Shown: piece after piece, positions 39,581 through 49,147 of the stretch
How positions within the stretch are numbered: position 1 is the stretch's first letter
Layout: every line of letters begins with the position of its first letter
Origin: an uncultured bacterium
GTDB lineage: Bacteria; Abyssobacteria; SURF-5
Assembly: GCA_964607485.1 (NCBI GenBank)
Contig: CAZSKP010000022.1
Span: forward strand, 9,054-73,053
Direction: 5' to 3'
DNA: 64,000 nucleotides
Position numbers and translations under genes: made by a program
The notes under the pieces: generated by a model
Databases searched by the model: none
What the model was told of the DNA's origin: nothing
Seen by the model: the letters and a program-made list of their open reading frames with translations, nothing else

Positions 39581-40129
39581 TCAGCGGCTGAGGACATCCA
39601 CATTCACAACCTCAAGTCGCAGTACTTCCGGCTCAAACGAATCGGGGAACTCCCCAGCGCGAACGTGAAATTCCCTCCCCGAAAGAGGCATCAGCGGACC
39701 TCCATCCAGGTCGTCCAGCCGGCTGTCAACGACGAGCGGAATTTCCAGTGAGGCCTCGCCGCCCGAATGCGTTCTGAAATAGCATTTCAGGTCGGCCGAG
39801 CTGACCGCCATCTTGCCCTCGTTTTTCACGTATCCCTTGATTTCGAGCTCTCGCCCGCCCGCGACGTTGGCGCGAACGTTTTCTACGTGACTCTCAATCG
39901 ATATCTCTTGGGCATAGTCCGCGGGCGCGACGTTTCCAGACTCTGTGCCGGAATTCGAGGTCACCGCGGCCGGCCGTCGTCCGACAGCAAGCAGCATCAA
40001 GAACATCACGGTCGCAAAAGCCACAGCCGCAATGACTACCGCCATGAACGGCCTCGTCGTCTCCACCGGAGCCGCGTCGGAATGTTCCTCTGCGCCGCTC
40101 TCTTCGGTCTCGTCGTCTATCACTTGCAT
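39581..40129 (-). CDS. Membrane-anchored hypothetical protein with an Ig-like (DUF3426/FxLYD-like) domain
   Basis: Acidic N-terminus, one TM, beta-rich IKGYVKNEG..L.P...F pattern. Confidence 0.55.
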   Translation of the reverse strand: MQVIDDETEESGAEEHSDAAPVETTRPFMAVVIAAVAFATVMFLMLLAVGRRPAAVTSNSGTESGNVAPADYAQEISIESHVENVRANVAGGRELEIKGYVKNEGKMAVSSADLKCYFRTHSGGEASLEIPLVVDSRLDDLDGGPLMPLSGREFHVRAGEFPDSFEPEVLRLEVVNVDVLSR

Positions 40130-40413
40130 TTGGCAGAACCGCCAATGGCCATGAATTGCGCGGGCGTGAGATCGACCGATACGTTCCGAAACAATTCTAA
40201 CACAACCGTCAAACAGGCGTCAACGCGCAGGCACTGATGCGAGGGGCCAATGCTGTTCCGCCCGCCGGCGCACGCCTGCAATGATGTAACACATTACTAT
40301 ACAATAAGTTACGCTTTAGCTTGAATATCCCGAGACTTCCTTCGTCTAAGGCAATAAGGAAGAGAAGGTATGGGAGCGGTTTTCAGGATACTTCGTGTGG
40401 GGAGGAACAAGAA

Positions 40414-40794
40414 ATGAGAAAAGGTTTATTGGTCCTCGTGTTGACGCTCGTTTTGAGCGCCGCCATGGTGTCGTCCGCATACGCCAAAGACGAATTTGAA
40501 AGAGGGTTCAAGTACGAACTCGGTGCGATAGCGGCTCGTTCGGCGGTCGGCTTGGGCGTTGGCGTAGTCCAGGGGGTTTTCGGCGGAGGCGCGTACTACG
40601 ACGGGTACTACGCGAGGCCTGCTCCCATCTACTACGATTATCCTCCTCCGTACTATCGGGAAAGGATAATCTACCGGCCGTATCCGCCGCCGCGCTACTA
40701 CGTGGAACGCCGAGTGTATCGTTGCGGACCGTGCTATGGTCCGCCGCCTCGAGTCCATCGTCATTACGAGTACCACCGTCACTATTATCGTTAA
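40414..40794 (+). CDS. Secreted Tyr/Pro/Arg-rich low-complexity protein
   Basis: GGAGG SD, signal peptide ending AYA, YYxxPPP repeats. Confidence 0.7.
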   Translation: MRKGLLVLVLTLVLSAAMVSSAYAKDEFERGFKYELGAIAARSAVGLGVGVVQGVFGGGAYYDGYYARPAPIYYDYPPPYYRERIIYRPYPPPRYYVERRVYRCGPCYGPPPRVHRHYEYHRHYYR

Positions 40795-40829
40795 GACCGG
40801 CTGATTGCTGACGAAGATTACGGGATAAT

Positions 40830-40872
40830 GGGTCGGGCTTTGCAAGCCAGAGTCCGGCCCTCATTCGATTTT
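40830..40872 (+). terminator. Putative intrinsic terminator
   Basis: GGGTCGGGCT..AGTCCGGCCC stem followed by a weak T tract. Confidence 0.35.
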
Positions 40873-40895
40873 CCCCCTTTCCGTCTCCTTTCTTC

Positions 40896-40923
40896 TTGAC
40901 AAACACCTCAAATTTGCTATGAT
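40896..40923 (+). promoter_or_regulatory. Sigma-70 promoter
   Basis: TTGACA-16-TATGAT with extended TG. Confidence 0.6.
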
Positions 40924-41019
40924 GAGAGCCGATTTTTGGCGTACCGCCTCCACGATGGCAGAGGCTTGCGCCGGTCACGTTTTGGACTCAGTCCGTCCGA
41001 CGCATCCGGGAGAAACCAT

Positions 41020-42024
41020 GTGAAGCTGGTAACCTTTGAAGTCCGCACACAACTGGGTCCATTCAGGCGCATCGGCGCTCTGAGCCACGAAGACATCATC
41101 GATTTGACGTCGGCCCACGCGCTGATGCTGGCCGAAACGATGCCGACCGAAAGGGCCGTGCGAGCAGCCGACGCGCTCCTTCCTCCCTCCATGCTCAGCC
41201 TGCTGGAGATGGACGACCGCGGTTTCGAGCTGGCAGGACAGACGATAGAGTACATTCATTCTCTTGGCGCCGACGCCTCCACTCGCGGCCCGAGGGGTGA
41301 GACGATCATGTTTAAGCAATCGGAGGTAAGGCTGCTGGCGCCCGTGCCGAGACCCCGTACGATGAGGGACTTTCTCGCTTTTCAGACTCACGTGGAGAAC
41401 TCCGCAAAAAGGGCGGGACGGGAAGTGTCGCCGCTTTGGTTCGAAATTCCGAGCTACTACAAGGGAAATCCCGATACCGTCATCGGGCCCGAAGAGGACA
41501 TACTCTGGCCGAGCTACACGCAGCTGCTCGATTACGAGCTCGAGTTCGGCCTCTTCATAAAGAAGCAGGGAACGAACATTCGGGCGGAGCAGGCACACGA
41601 ATACATCGGCGGCTACACCATTTTCAACGACATCAGCGCGCGCGACATTCAGATGAAGGAGATGTCGCTCATGCTCGGTCCGACGAAGGGGAAGGACATG
41701 AACCACGGCAACGTGCTGGGGCCGTGCCTGGTCACGCCCGACGAGTTCGACCCGTCCAACGCCAGGATGATCGCGCGCGTGAACGGGTCGGTGTGGACCG
41801 ACGGCAATGCCGGCGACATGTATTACCCCTTCCCCAAACTCATCGAGTATGTATCGCAGGACGAAACCGTCCATCCGGGCGATTTCATGGGCTCCGGCAC
41901 CGTCGGCTACGGCTGCGGCATCGAGCACGGAAACTTCATCAAGCCGGGCGACGTCATAGAACTAGAGGTTGAAGGAATAGGCATTCTTCGCAATCGCGTC
42001 GTAAAGCGGGAGGAAACTGAGTGA
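41020..42024 (+). CDS. Fumarylacetoacetate hydrolase family protein
   Basis: RDFLAF..H, YYKGN, LDYELE, GYTIFNDISARD, KGKD and GSGT motifs. Confidence 0.92.
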   Translation: MKLVTFEVRTQLGPFRRIGALSHEDIIDLTSAHALMLAETMPTERAVRAADALLPPSMLSLLEMDDRGFELAGQTIEYIHSLGADASTRGPRGETIMFKQSEVRLLAPVPRPRTMRDFLAFQTHVENSAKRAGREVSPLWFEIPSYYKGNPDTVIGPEEDILWPSYTQLLDYELEFGLFIKKQGTNIRAEQAHEYIGGYTIFNDISARDIQMKEMSLMLGPTKGKDMNHGNVLGPCLVTPDEFDPSNARMIARVNGSVWTDGNAGDMYYPFPKLIEYVSQDETVHPGDFMGSGTVGYGCGIEHGNFIKPGDVIELEVEGIGILRNRVVKREETE

Positions 42025-42893
42025 AAACGATCCTCATTGGGGCCGACGGCCAGCTTGGAAGCGACCTGACAAAAGTGTATCCGTCTGACCAACTCGTGCC
42101 GCTCACGATAGCCGACCTCGACGTGCGCGACTATGAAAAGGTGAGAAAGATATTCCGAGAACACGCGCCCGAGGTAGTCATCAACACGGCGGCATATCAC
42201 CGCGTCGACGAGTGCGAGGATTACCCCGACAGGGCCATCGAGGTAAATGCGCTGGCCGTGAGGAACCTCGCCTTAGCGTGCAAAGACATCGACGCGATAC
42301 TCGTTCATTTCAGCACGGACTACGTGTTCGACGGTGAGGCGTCGCGGCCATACACCGAAAAAGACGCCCCCAACCCCGTCAGCGCGTACGCGATATCAAA
42401 GTTGGCGGGGGAACTGTTCATCCGCTACCTGTACGACCGGCATTTCGTCATTCGGTTATGCGGCCTGTACGGCGTCACAGGCAGCATGGAGAAGGGCACG
42501 AACTTCGTCGAGACAATGGTCAAGATGGCCGGCGAAGGGAAGGACATCCGTGTCGTGAGCGACCAGACGCTCACACCCACCTACACGCGCGCGCTCGCGC
42601 CTCGCATCAAGGCGCTCGTCGAAACCAAACGATACGGCCTCTACCACATGACGTGCGAAGGAGAATGCTCCTGGTACGAATTTGCATGCGCAATTTTCGA
42701 GCTTTCCGGCCTCAAGCCCAACATCTCGCCTACCACCTCCGCCCAGTACAGGACCCCCGCCAAACGCCCGCGCTACAGCGTCCTGGAAAACGAGAACCTC
42801 AAGGCCGTGGCCGCCGTGGAGCCGATGCCGTTCTGGCGCGACGCCCTCGCTGCGTACCTCGAAGAGCGCAAGGGAGGCACGGGACGAGGGTGA
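42021..42893 (+). CDS. rfbD: dTDP-4-dehydrorhamnose reductase
   Basis: GADGQLG, NTAAY..VD.CE, STDYVFDG, YAISK and RPRYSVL motifs. Confidence 0.93.
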   Translation: MKTILIGADGQLGSDLTKVYPSDQLVPLTIADLDVRDYEKVRKIFREHAPEVVINTAAYHRVDECEDYPDRAIEVNALAVRNLALACKDIDAILVHFSTDYVFDGEASRPYTEKDAPNPVSAYAISKLAGELFIRYLYDRHFVIRLCGLYGVTGSMEKGTNFVETMVKMAGEGKDIRVVSDQTLTPTYTRALAPRIKALVETKRYGLYHMTCEGECSWYEFACAIFELSGLKPNISPTTSAQYRTPAKRPRYSVLENENLKAVAAVEPMPFWRDALAAYLEERKGGTGRG

Positions 42894-43026
42894 CATCCTT
42901 TTGCGCGGACACACCCGCGCCGGGCCGAGCGCCAACGCAGGCACGCTCGACCGGCTGGCAAAGCGAAAATATTCCGGCCAAAGCGAGGTTTTGTCGTGTA
43001 ATGGCTATGGGATGGTGATGAGATAG

Positions 43027-43167
43027 TTGGAAGCAGGGAACCCGAGAATATATTACGACGAGCAGAGCGGGTTTTGGTACAACGTGCGGTGGGACGACGA
43101 AATGAAGTGCTTCGTGTGGACCATCGCGCCCCATCAGAGATTGATCCTTGACAGTGCGCCGGAATAG
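43027..43167 (+). CDS. Putative small protein (46 aa, aromatic-rich)
   Basis: TTG start, GGTGA SD, GC-rich third positions; MEAGNPRIYYDEQSGFWYNVRWDDEMKCFVWTIAPHQRLILDSAPE. Confidence 0.45.
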   Translation: MEAGNPRIYYDEQSGFWYNVRWDDEMKCFVWTIAPHQRLILDSAPE

Positions 43168-43210
43168 CGCGGCCCTCGCCATTCCGAAATGTCTTCGCCG
43201 GCCGCCGGGT

Positions 43211-43240
43211 TTGACTCATATACCGGGGAGACGCTATAAT
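43211..43240 (+). promoter_or_regulatory. Sigma-70 promoter of the selenoprotein gene
   Basis: TTGACT-18-TATAAT ending 10 bp before ATG 43251. Confidence 0.7.
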
Positions 43241-43250
43241 TATTCCGCGA

Positions 43251-44648
43251 ATGCGATTTACGATAGGCAGTAAGCAACGATACATTCTTTTCGCCCTCCT
43301 CGTGGCCCTCTTATCACTTTTCCCGTCTCGGCTCAGGCCGCACCCGGATGAAGAGTCGCAGGTGATGGTCCTCTTCACGGGCGACGTGAACGGTTACGTC
43401 GAGCCGTGTGGGTGAAGCGAGCAACAACTGGGAGGTCTTCCCAGGCGAGATTCCTTCGTAGGCTCAGTGCGAGCCTCGGGGAAAGTGCTGCTGCTTGACA
43501 ACGGCGACGTGAACAAGGGCTACGGTCGCCAGCCGGAGCTCAAGTACGAGACCGCCATGAAGGCGATGTCGGACATGGGCTACGCCGCCGCCAACCTGGG
43601 CGAGCAAGACCTGCTTCTCGGGGTTGACTACCTGAAATATGTGGCCGATTTCGCCCGTGTTCCGCTGCTGAGCGCCAACATCGTGGATGCAGAGGGCAAA
43701 CCCGTATTCGAACAGTTCGCGGTGCGAGAGATGCGCGTCGGCGACAGACCGGTGAGGGCAGCCGTCATAGGCGTGCTCTCGACCGCGTTCAAGGAAAAGG
43801 TCGAAGAGATAAACCCCGGGCTCGTCGTGGAGGAATACGACTCGGAGCTGAAACGCCTCGTCGGTCAGCTTCGAAAAGAGTCGGACCTTCTCATACTGCT
43901 CGCGCACATGAGCATGGAAGAGGCCCGCACGCTCGCCGGCAGTTTCCCGCAGTTCGACCTTATCATAGCCAGCCACAGCGGCGACGACCCTATCCCGACT
44001 CCCGTCATGGTGGGCGATGTGCCGATAGGGTTTGCGGGCGTCGGAGGCATGCACGTCGGCATGACGAGATTCAGAGTGGGAGAGAAACGGGCAACGCTGG
44101 TGGCCTACTCCATCAAGAAGCTGGACGCAACGTTAAGCGATTCCCCTCGCATGGTCGCCTTGCTCGAAGATTACGAGCAGATGGTCAAGGCCGAGAAACT
44201 CCTCGAAGCGTTCCCGAGGAGCACATACGGAGGAGATGTTGCATTCACCGGCAACAAGGACTGCAAGAGGTGCCATTCGCTGTCCTCGTTCCGCTTTCGG
44301 AATTCAAAACACGCCCACGCCTTCGAGCCGATTGTCGAGAAGAGGCACGAATATGACCCCGAGTGTGTCCGCTGCCATACGGTTGGTTTCGGCTACACGA
44401 GCGGATTCATTTCACCCGACACCACTCCCGCGCTCAAAAACGTCGGCTGCGAGGATTGCCACGGTCCCGGCAGCAAGCACATCGAGGAACCATTGGAGGG
44501 CGAATACGGCGAGGTAAAGAAGGAAACCTGCGAGGAGTGTCACAACCCCTCGAACAGTCCAAAATTCGTGTACGACGAGTACGTCAAGAAGATCAACCAC
44601 AACACCATCTTCCTGTGCAGCGCGAAGGTGTGTCACTGGCTCGATTGA
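43251..44648 (+). CDS. UshA-like (5'-nucleotidase fold) selenoprotein fused to a multiheme cytochrome c; UGA at 43413 read as Sec
   Basis: Signal peptide, then FTGDVNGYVEPCG-TGA-SEQQLGGLPRR in frame with ORF 43467; LDNGD, NLGEQD and LLSAN motifs; 4 CxxCH plus CSAKVCH. Confidence 0.88.
43416..43444 (+). promoter_or_regulatory. Candidate bacterial SECIS hairpin
   Basis: CTGGGA-GGTCT-TCCCAG stem-loop whose G-initiated loop starts 18 nt after the UGA. Confidence 0.7.
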
Positions 44649-44720
44649 ACCGATGCGAATCGCGTCCGTGACGCACGACGACATGCCGTATGCCGCACCC
44701 CGGAGAATTCTGAGGAGTTT

Positions 44721-45134
44721 TCAGGCTACCGGCTCGATACGCACATCCAGCAGCACAGTGCCCAGCCCGCCGACATCCATGCCGGGGTCAACACAGGCGA
44801 CGCCTCCCGTTGGAGCCGTGAGGTCCCTGTTCTGATAGCACCGGTCGAGATACACGGCCAACGTGCGCGCGAGCGGAGCGATTACGCCCACGCACAGAGG
44901 ACAGTCCGACGCCTCTTTGTCGATCTGAACGCCGCTGAACACAATTTTCTGGCCGACCTGCAAGCCTGCCGCGCAGTATTTGGCTTTCGCGACCTCCGCG
45001 ACAATTCGGTACTTGGCCATGTTCTCCAGCGCGTTCTTGTACTCCTGCTCCTGCTCGGGGGAAACCTTCGCGATGTCCTCATCGGACATTCCGAGCATGT
45101 CTTTCGCAAAAGCCATCAGCACAGGGTCTCTCAT
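44721..45134 (-). CDS. Cys-rich hypothetical protein (TIGR04076-like)
   Basis: AGGAGG SD; IVAEV..C..G..VGQ, CPLC and CVDPG. Confidence 0.6.
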   Translation of the reverse strand: MRDPVLMAFAKDMLGMSDEDIAKVSPEQEQEYKNALENMAKYRIVAEVAKAKYCAAGLQVGQKIVFSGVQIDKEASDCPLCVGVIAPLARTLAVYLDRCYQNRDLTAPTGGVACVDPGMDVGGLGTVLLDVRIEPVA

Positions 45135-45159
45135 TGTCTTCCTCCTTCGCGTGAACCAT

Positions 45160-45597
45160 TCAACGTTTCGATTTGTTCCTCCGATATACAAACAGCAGGA
45201 AGGCTGCCGCGGCTGCGGCGCCAACCGCGTCCACGGCTATGTCACCCACCTCAAAGGTCCTGTACTTTACGAATAGCTGGTGAACCTCGTCGTTCAGTCC
45301 GTAAATAATCGAGAATCCGACGGGAATAAGAAACAATACTTTGGCGGAGTATTCGCGCCTGGCCCGGTGCAGACCCATGGCCACAGTCGCGCTCAAACCG
45401 GCGTACAGGCAGAAGTGAACCACCTTGTCGAAATGCCGAAACGGCGATGAAATCGGGAATGAGGACACAGACGACAGGAAATAGAGGAGAAGACAGTACG
45501 CGAGAGTCGCGGCAAGAAAGGGTGCGGGGATAAATTCCCATAAAGTTGACCGCCTTTTCGAATCTTCGGCACTCGACGTCTTGTTTGTTTCGCGCAC
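45160..45597 (-). CDS. VanZ-like membrane protein
   Basis: DKVVHF..Y, YG..DEVHQ.FV..R..D motifs. Confidence 0.85.
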   Translation of the reverse strand: MRETNKTSSAEDSKRRSTLWEFIPAPFLAATLAYCLLLYFLSSVSSFPISSPFRHFDKVVHFCLYAGLSATVAMGLHRARREYSAKVLFLIPVGFSIIYGLNDEVHQLFVKYRTFEVGDIAVDAVGAAAAAAFLLFVYRRNKSKR

Positions 45598-45599
45598 TG

Positions 45600-46427
45600 T
45601 TACTGTAACCTCCCGGCCACTGCCACGGCCACAACATCCACGGTCTCGGCCCCGGCCCTCCTGAGCACGCGCGCACATTCGTTCGAGGTCGCTCCCGTCG
45701 TCACAACATCATCGATGAGAAGGAACCGTTGCTTTCTCACATCCGCCCCCGGCACGAGCTGGAAGGCGTTCTTTATCTGGCTGCGCCTCTCCCGGGCGCC
45801 GAGCATGCTGAAGCTCGGCGTGTCCTTCACCCGTCTGAGAACGGGAAGCAGATTTGCCTGGGACAGCCTGCGACACAGCCATTCCGAGACAAGCTCCACC
45901 TGGTTGTATCCCCTCTCCTTAAGCCTGCTCCGGTGGAGCGGTACCGGAACAAGGCCGTCGTACGACTGGATGTCGATTCCTGCAAACACATGGTCCAGCA
46001 GCAGAGCCCCGAGAGGCCCCGCCATCAAGCGCTTCCGTCCGTACTTCAGCAGATGGACGGCGTCGCGCAACACGCCGGAGTACAGTCCGGCGGCGTAAGT
46101 GTTCCCAACCCAAAGTTTCTGCGCCGAGCATTCCGAGCATACGTAGTTCCCCACGGGGTCGAACCCGACGCGCCGCGAATGAGGTCTGCCGCAGCGTGGA
46201 CACTTCGGCTCCCGAACCGGTTCTATCGTCGCCCAGCACTTCTCGCAAAAATAGAGGTTCTCCTGCGTGAGAATTCTGACTCCGCATTCTTGGCAGAAGG
46301 CAGGCAGAAAAAGGTTCTTCAAGCCCAGCGCAATATCGCTGGCGACGCGTCGGACTGTCGTTTGCGTCACATGGGAACCCGGCCCGATCATGCCGAAAAC
46401 CGGCCCTCCTTGGAATGTAGCTTTCAA
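45600..46427 (-). CDS. comF: ComF family protein (double Zn ribbon plus PRTase); start uncertain
   Basis: CxxC pairs, VPVPLH..R..ERGYNQ and LIDDVVTTGAT. Confidence 0.9.
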   Translation of the reverse strand: MKATFQGGPVFGMIGPGSHVTQTTVRRVASDIALGLKNLFLPAFCQECGVRILTQENLYFCEKCWATIEPVREPKCPRCGRPHSRRVGFDPVGNYVCSECSAQKLWVGNTYAAGLYSGVLRDAVHLLKYGRKRLMAGPLGALLLDHVFAGIDIQSYDGLVPVPLHRSRLKERGYNQVELVSEWLCRRLSQANLLPVLRRVKDTPSFSMLGARERRSQIKNAFQLVPGADVRKQRFLLIDDVVTTGATSNECARVLRRAGAETVDVVAVAVAGRLQ

Positions 46428-46572
46428 TCCGGCTTATGCGTGTACCCTGTATAATACCACACCGACCCGGCCGCAACTAAATCTTCCTTTTCGGAGGCAC
46501 GATTTTTTTCTGGCCAAATCCAGCGGCATGATGTATCATCGGAGTTACCCAAGAAACCCGAAAGGAGGACGC

Positions 46573-47460
46573 ATGAGCATCGAGCGAGTTCATTTCTATT
46601 CCGAAGGCGCCAGGCTGGCCGGCATGCTGTATCTTCCGGAGGGTCTGAAGGCGGAGGAGAAGAGAGCGGGCATTGTGTTGTGCCATGGCTTTACCGGAAT
46701 CAAAGAGAGCATCTTGCCCCAGTATGCCGAAGCCTTCGCCAAGAGCGGATTCATCGCGCTGACGTTCGATTATCGCGGATTCGGGGAGTCCGACGGGCAG
46801 CGCGGACGTTTGCTCTGGCAGGAACAGGTGGCGGACATTCGCAACGCCGTCACTTACATCGGCGCCCGTCCCGAGGTGGATGCGCAACGCATCGGCCTAT
46901 GGGGCACCTCCTACGGAGGGGCGCTTGCCCCATACGCGTTCGCGCTTGACGACCGCGCAAAGGCGTGCGTCGGCCAGCTCGGGTTTGCCGACGCCTACTC
47001 CGCGGCCGCCAGACGAATGCCTGTCGAGCAGATCGAGGCCTTCCGCGCAATGATCGAGGAGGACAGGCGACAAAGGGTGCTCCACAACGACCCGATGTAC
47101 GGTGACGCCATGGCGCTCGCCATGGACCCGGAGATGACGGCATTCTTCGAGGAGGAATCCAAGACACTGCCCCAGCTCGCGGGCCGGGAGATTCCGGTTC
47201 AGTTTCTCGAAGCCCACCTGGAGTTCTCACCCATCAGTGTCATTCATAAGAAGGGAAACCGTCCGCTGCTGCTCATCGCGGCCGAGCTCGATGTCGTGTG
47301 TCCGATGGAGGAGTACAAAGAACTGTACGACAAAGCGCCGGAGCCGAAGAAGTGGGTAGTGTTCGAGAAGACCCGGCATTTCGAGTTCTATGAAGGCGAG
47401 CGGGCCCAGCGCTCCGCCGCCGAGGCGGTTAATTTCTTCAAGGAACACCTGCGAGCATGA
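46573..47460 (+). CDS. Alpha/beta hydrolase
   Basis: AAGGAGG SD; CHGF, FDYRGFGES, GTSYGG nucleophile elbow, D and H triad candidates. Confidence 0.9.
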   Translation: MSIERVHFYSEGARLAGMLYLPEGLKAEEKRAGIVLCHGFTGIKESILPQYAEAFAKSGFIALTFDYRGFGESDGQRGRLLWQEQVADIRNAVTYIGARPEVDAQRIGLWGTSYGGALAPYAFALDDRAKACVGQLGFADAYSAAARRMPVEQIEAFRAMIEEDRRQRVLHNDPMYGDAMALAMDPEMTAFFEEESKTLPQLAGREIPVQFLEAHLEFSPISVIHKKGNRPLLLIAAELDVVCPMEEYKELYDKAPEPKKWVVFEKTRHFEFYEGERAQRSAAEAVNFFKEHLRA

Positions 47461-47553
47461 AGGCAGACGTGCTCGCTGAACGACACGGATTTCAGGGACC
47501 TTTGCGGCCAGATGTGAGTGCCGATTATAAGCCCGAGCTCTCGGCGCGAACAC

Positions 47554-48042
47554 TCAGTGGGAGCTGTCTTTGCGCCTTCTCTTTTTGGCCCTCCCTTCAC
47601 CGGGAGCGCCCCTCTCGGCGAGAATACGCTTGACATCACGTCGTCCGAGCTTGCGCAAAGCGACCAGGGCGGCCTTATTCTTGCCCGTCGGCTTGGCCCG
47701 TCCCTGCTCCCACACTGCAACGCTGCCGGGGCTCACCTCGGCGAGCAGTGCCAGCTTCTCCTGGCTGATGCCCAGCTTCTTGCGAAGGTTCTTGACGGCT
47801 CGGGCCGACATGCGGGCCGTTCGGACCTCGTCGCCGGCGACTTCGAGCCATCTCTTCCTGCCTGCCTGACGCTCGGCTCTTCGTGCCGCGTCCGTGTCCA
47901 GTTTGGCGACCACCGTCGCGAGCCGTGCGACAGTCCGCTTGAGCTCCCGAGTCTCTTTCAGCAGAGGCCCGACGGTTGCCCTCAACTCTTTTCTGGCCAG
48001 CCGGGTGATTTCCGACCTCACGGCCTCTTCCATCTTGCCCAT
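47554..48042 (-). CDS. XRE-family helix-turn-helix protein with an N-terminal coiled coil
   Basis: LRKKLGISQEKLALLAEVS..SVAVWEQG..P. Confidence 0.85.
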   Translation of the reverse strand: MGKMEEAVRSEITRLARKELRATVGPLLKETRELKRTVARLATVVAKLDTDAARRAERQAGRKRWLEVAGDEVRTARMSARAVKNLRKKLGISQEKLALLAEVSPGSVAVWEQGRAKPTGKNKAALVALRKLGRRDVKRILAERGAPGEGRAKKRRRKDSSH

Positions 48043-48192
48043 GACTACCTCCGTGCGTGTTCAATCAAACGGCGCCGCCATCGTCTCAGGCAGCGAAGCC
48101 ATTTTGTCGCAGACCGTCCCGGCCGTGTTCTGTCACCCGCTTTCTCCGGGCACACCCCTCCCTTCCGGCTGCCACAAACGGAGCGTTTCGGA

Positions 48193-48480
48193 TTACTTCT
48201 TGCCGAGAGCTGCGTCCTTGGCCGCTTTGGCTATTCTGAACTTCAGCGCACGCTTGGCGGGAATCTTGATGGGTTCGCCTGTGGCGGGATTGCGGCCCAT
48301 GCGCGCCTTGCGGTTCACGACCACGAGCTTGCCGATTCCCGGAATCGTGAATCCTCTCTTGGCCTCTTTGTGCGCAATGTCTGCCAACTGGTCGAGCAAT
48401 TGCGCAACCTGTTTCTTGGAAACGTCCGTCTTCTGAGAGAGACGAGTGACCAACTGGGCCTTTGTCATTGCGTTTGCCAT
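48193..48480 (-). CDS. hup: HU family DNA-binding protein
   Basis: MTKAQLV..IPGIG..RKARMGRNPATGEPIKIPA. Confidence 0.95.
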   Translation of the reverse strand: MANAMTKAQLVTRLSQKTDVSKKQVAQLLDQLADIAHKEAKRGFTIPGIGKLVVVNRKARMGRNPATGEPIKIPAKRALKFRIAKAAKDAALGKK

Positions 48481-48546
48481 TGTTCGTTCCTCCAGTTTGA
48501 GAGACCCTTCCGAAAACCGAAAAACGCCCCACACACGCTCCCGCGA

Positions 48547-48576
48547 ATTATAGGGAATAGAGGGTGCATCTGTCAA
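48547..48576 (-). promoter_or_regulatory. Sigma-70 promoter of the HU gene
   Basis: TTGACA-18-TATAAT on the minus strand. Confidence 0.75.
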
Positions 48577-48714
48577 ATGCAACGGCCTCATCGCCCGGCA
48601 CAACGCAGATTCCCCGCCCTGACGGAGGCAGAACGACGACGGTGAGCGGCCGGGGGGAAATAGAGAAAAAGCCCCGCAATTGGGGGGCCGAAGATAGCGA
48701 GGAACCGACGAGAA

Positions 48715-49068
48715 TCAGGATACCAGCTCTATGATCGCCATGGGCGCTCCGTCGCCGGCCCGCTGGCCGAGACGTACTATACGCGTGTAGCCGCCATTGC
48801 GCTCGTCGAACTGTGGGCCGACTTCCGCAAACAGCTTCTTCACCGCTCCCTTGTCTCTCAGTATGGCGGCCGCCTGACGCCTGGCGTTGATATCCTGCTT
48901 CTTGCCGAGCGTGATAAGTTTTTCAGCGACGGGCCTCAGCGCTTTCGTTTTCGCAACGGTCGTGGTGATGCGTCCGTTCATTATCAACGACGCCGCCATG
49001 TTCGATAACAGGGCTTCGCGGTGAGCGCTGGTGCGGCCCAGCTTTACCGTTTTCTTTCTGTGCCTCAT
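48715..49068 (-). CDS. rplQ: 50S ribosomal protein L17
   Basis: [19 protein letters not shown]. Confidence 0.98.
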   Translation of the reverse strand: MRHRKKTVKLGRTSAHREALLSNMAASLIMNGRITTTVAKTKALRPVAEKLITLGKKQDINARRQAAAILRDKGAVKKLFAEVGPQFDERNGGYTRIVRLGQRAGDGAPMAIIELVS

Positions 49069-49147
49069 CTATATCAAGCCTTCCTTCGAGCGCTTCGCAA
49101 TCACAGAGTTTCGATTCTCCCCGACACCCTCAGCCGTCAGGCCGGGC

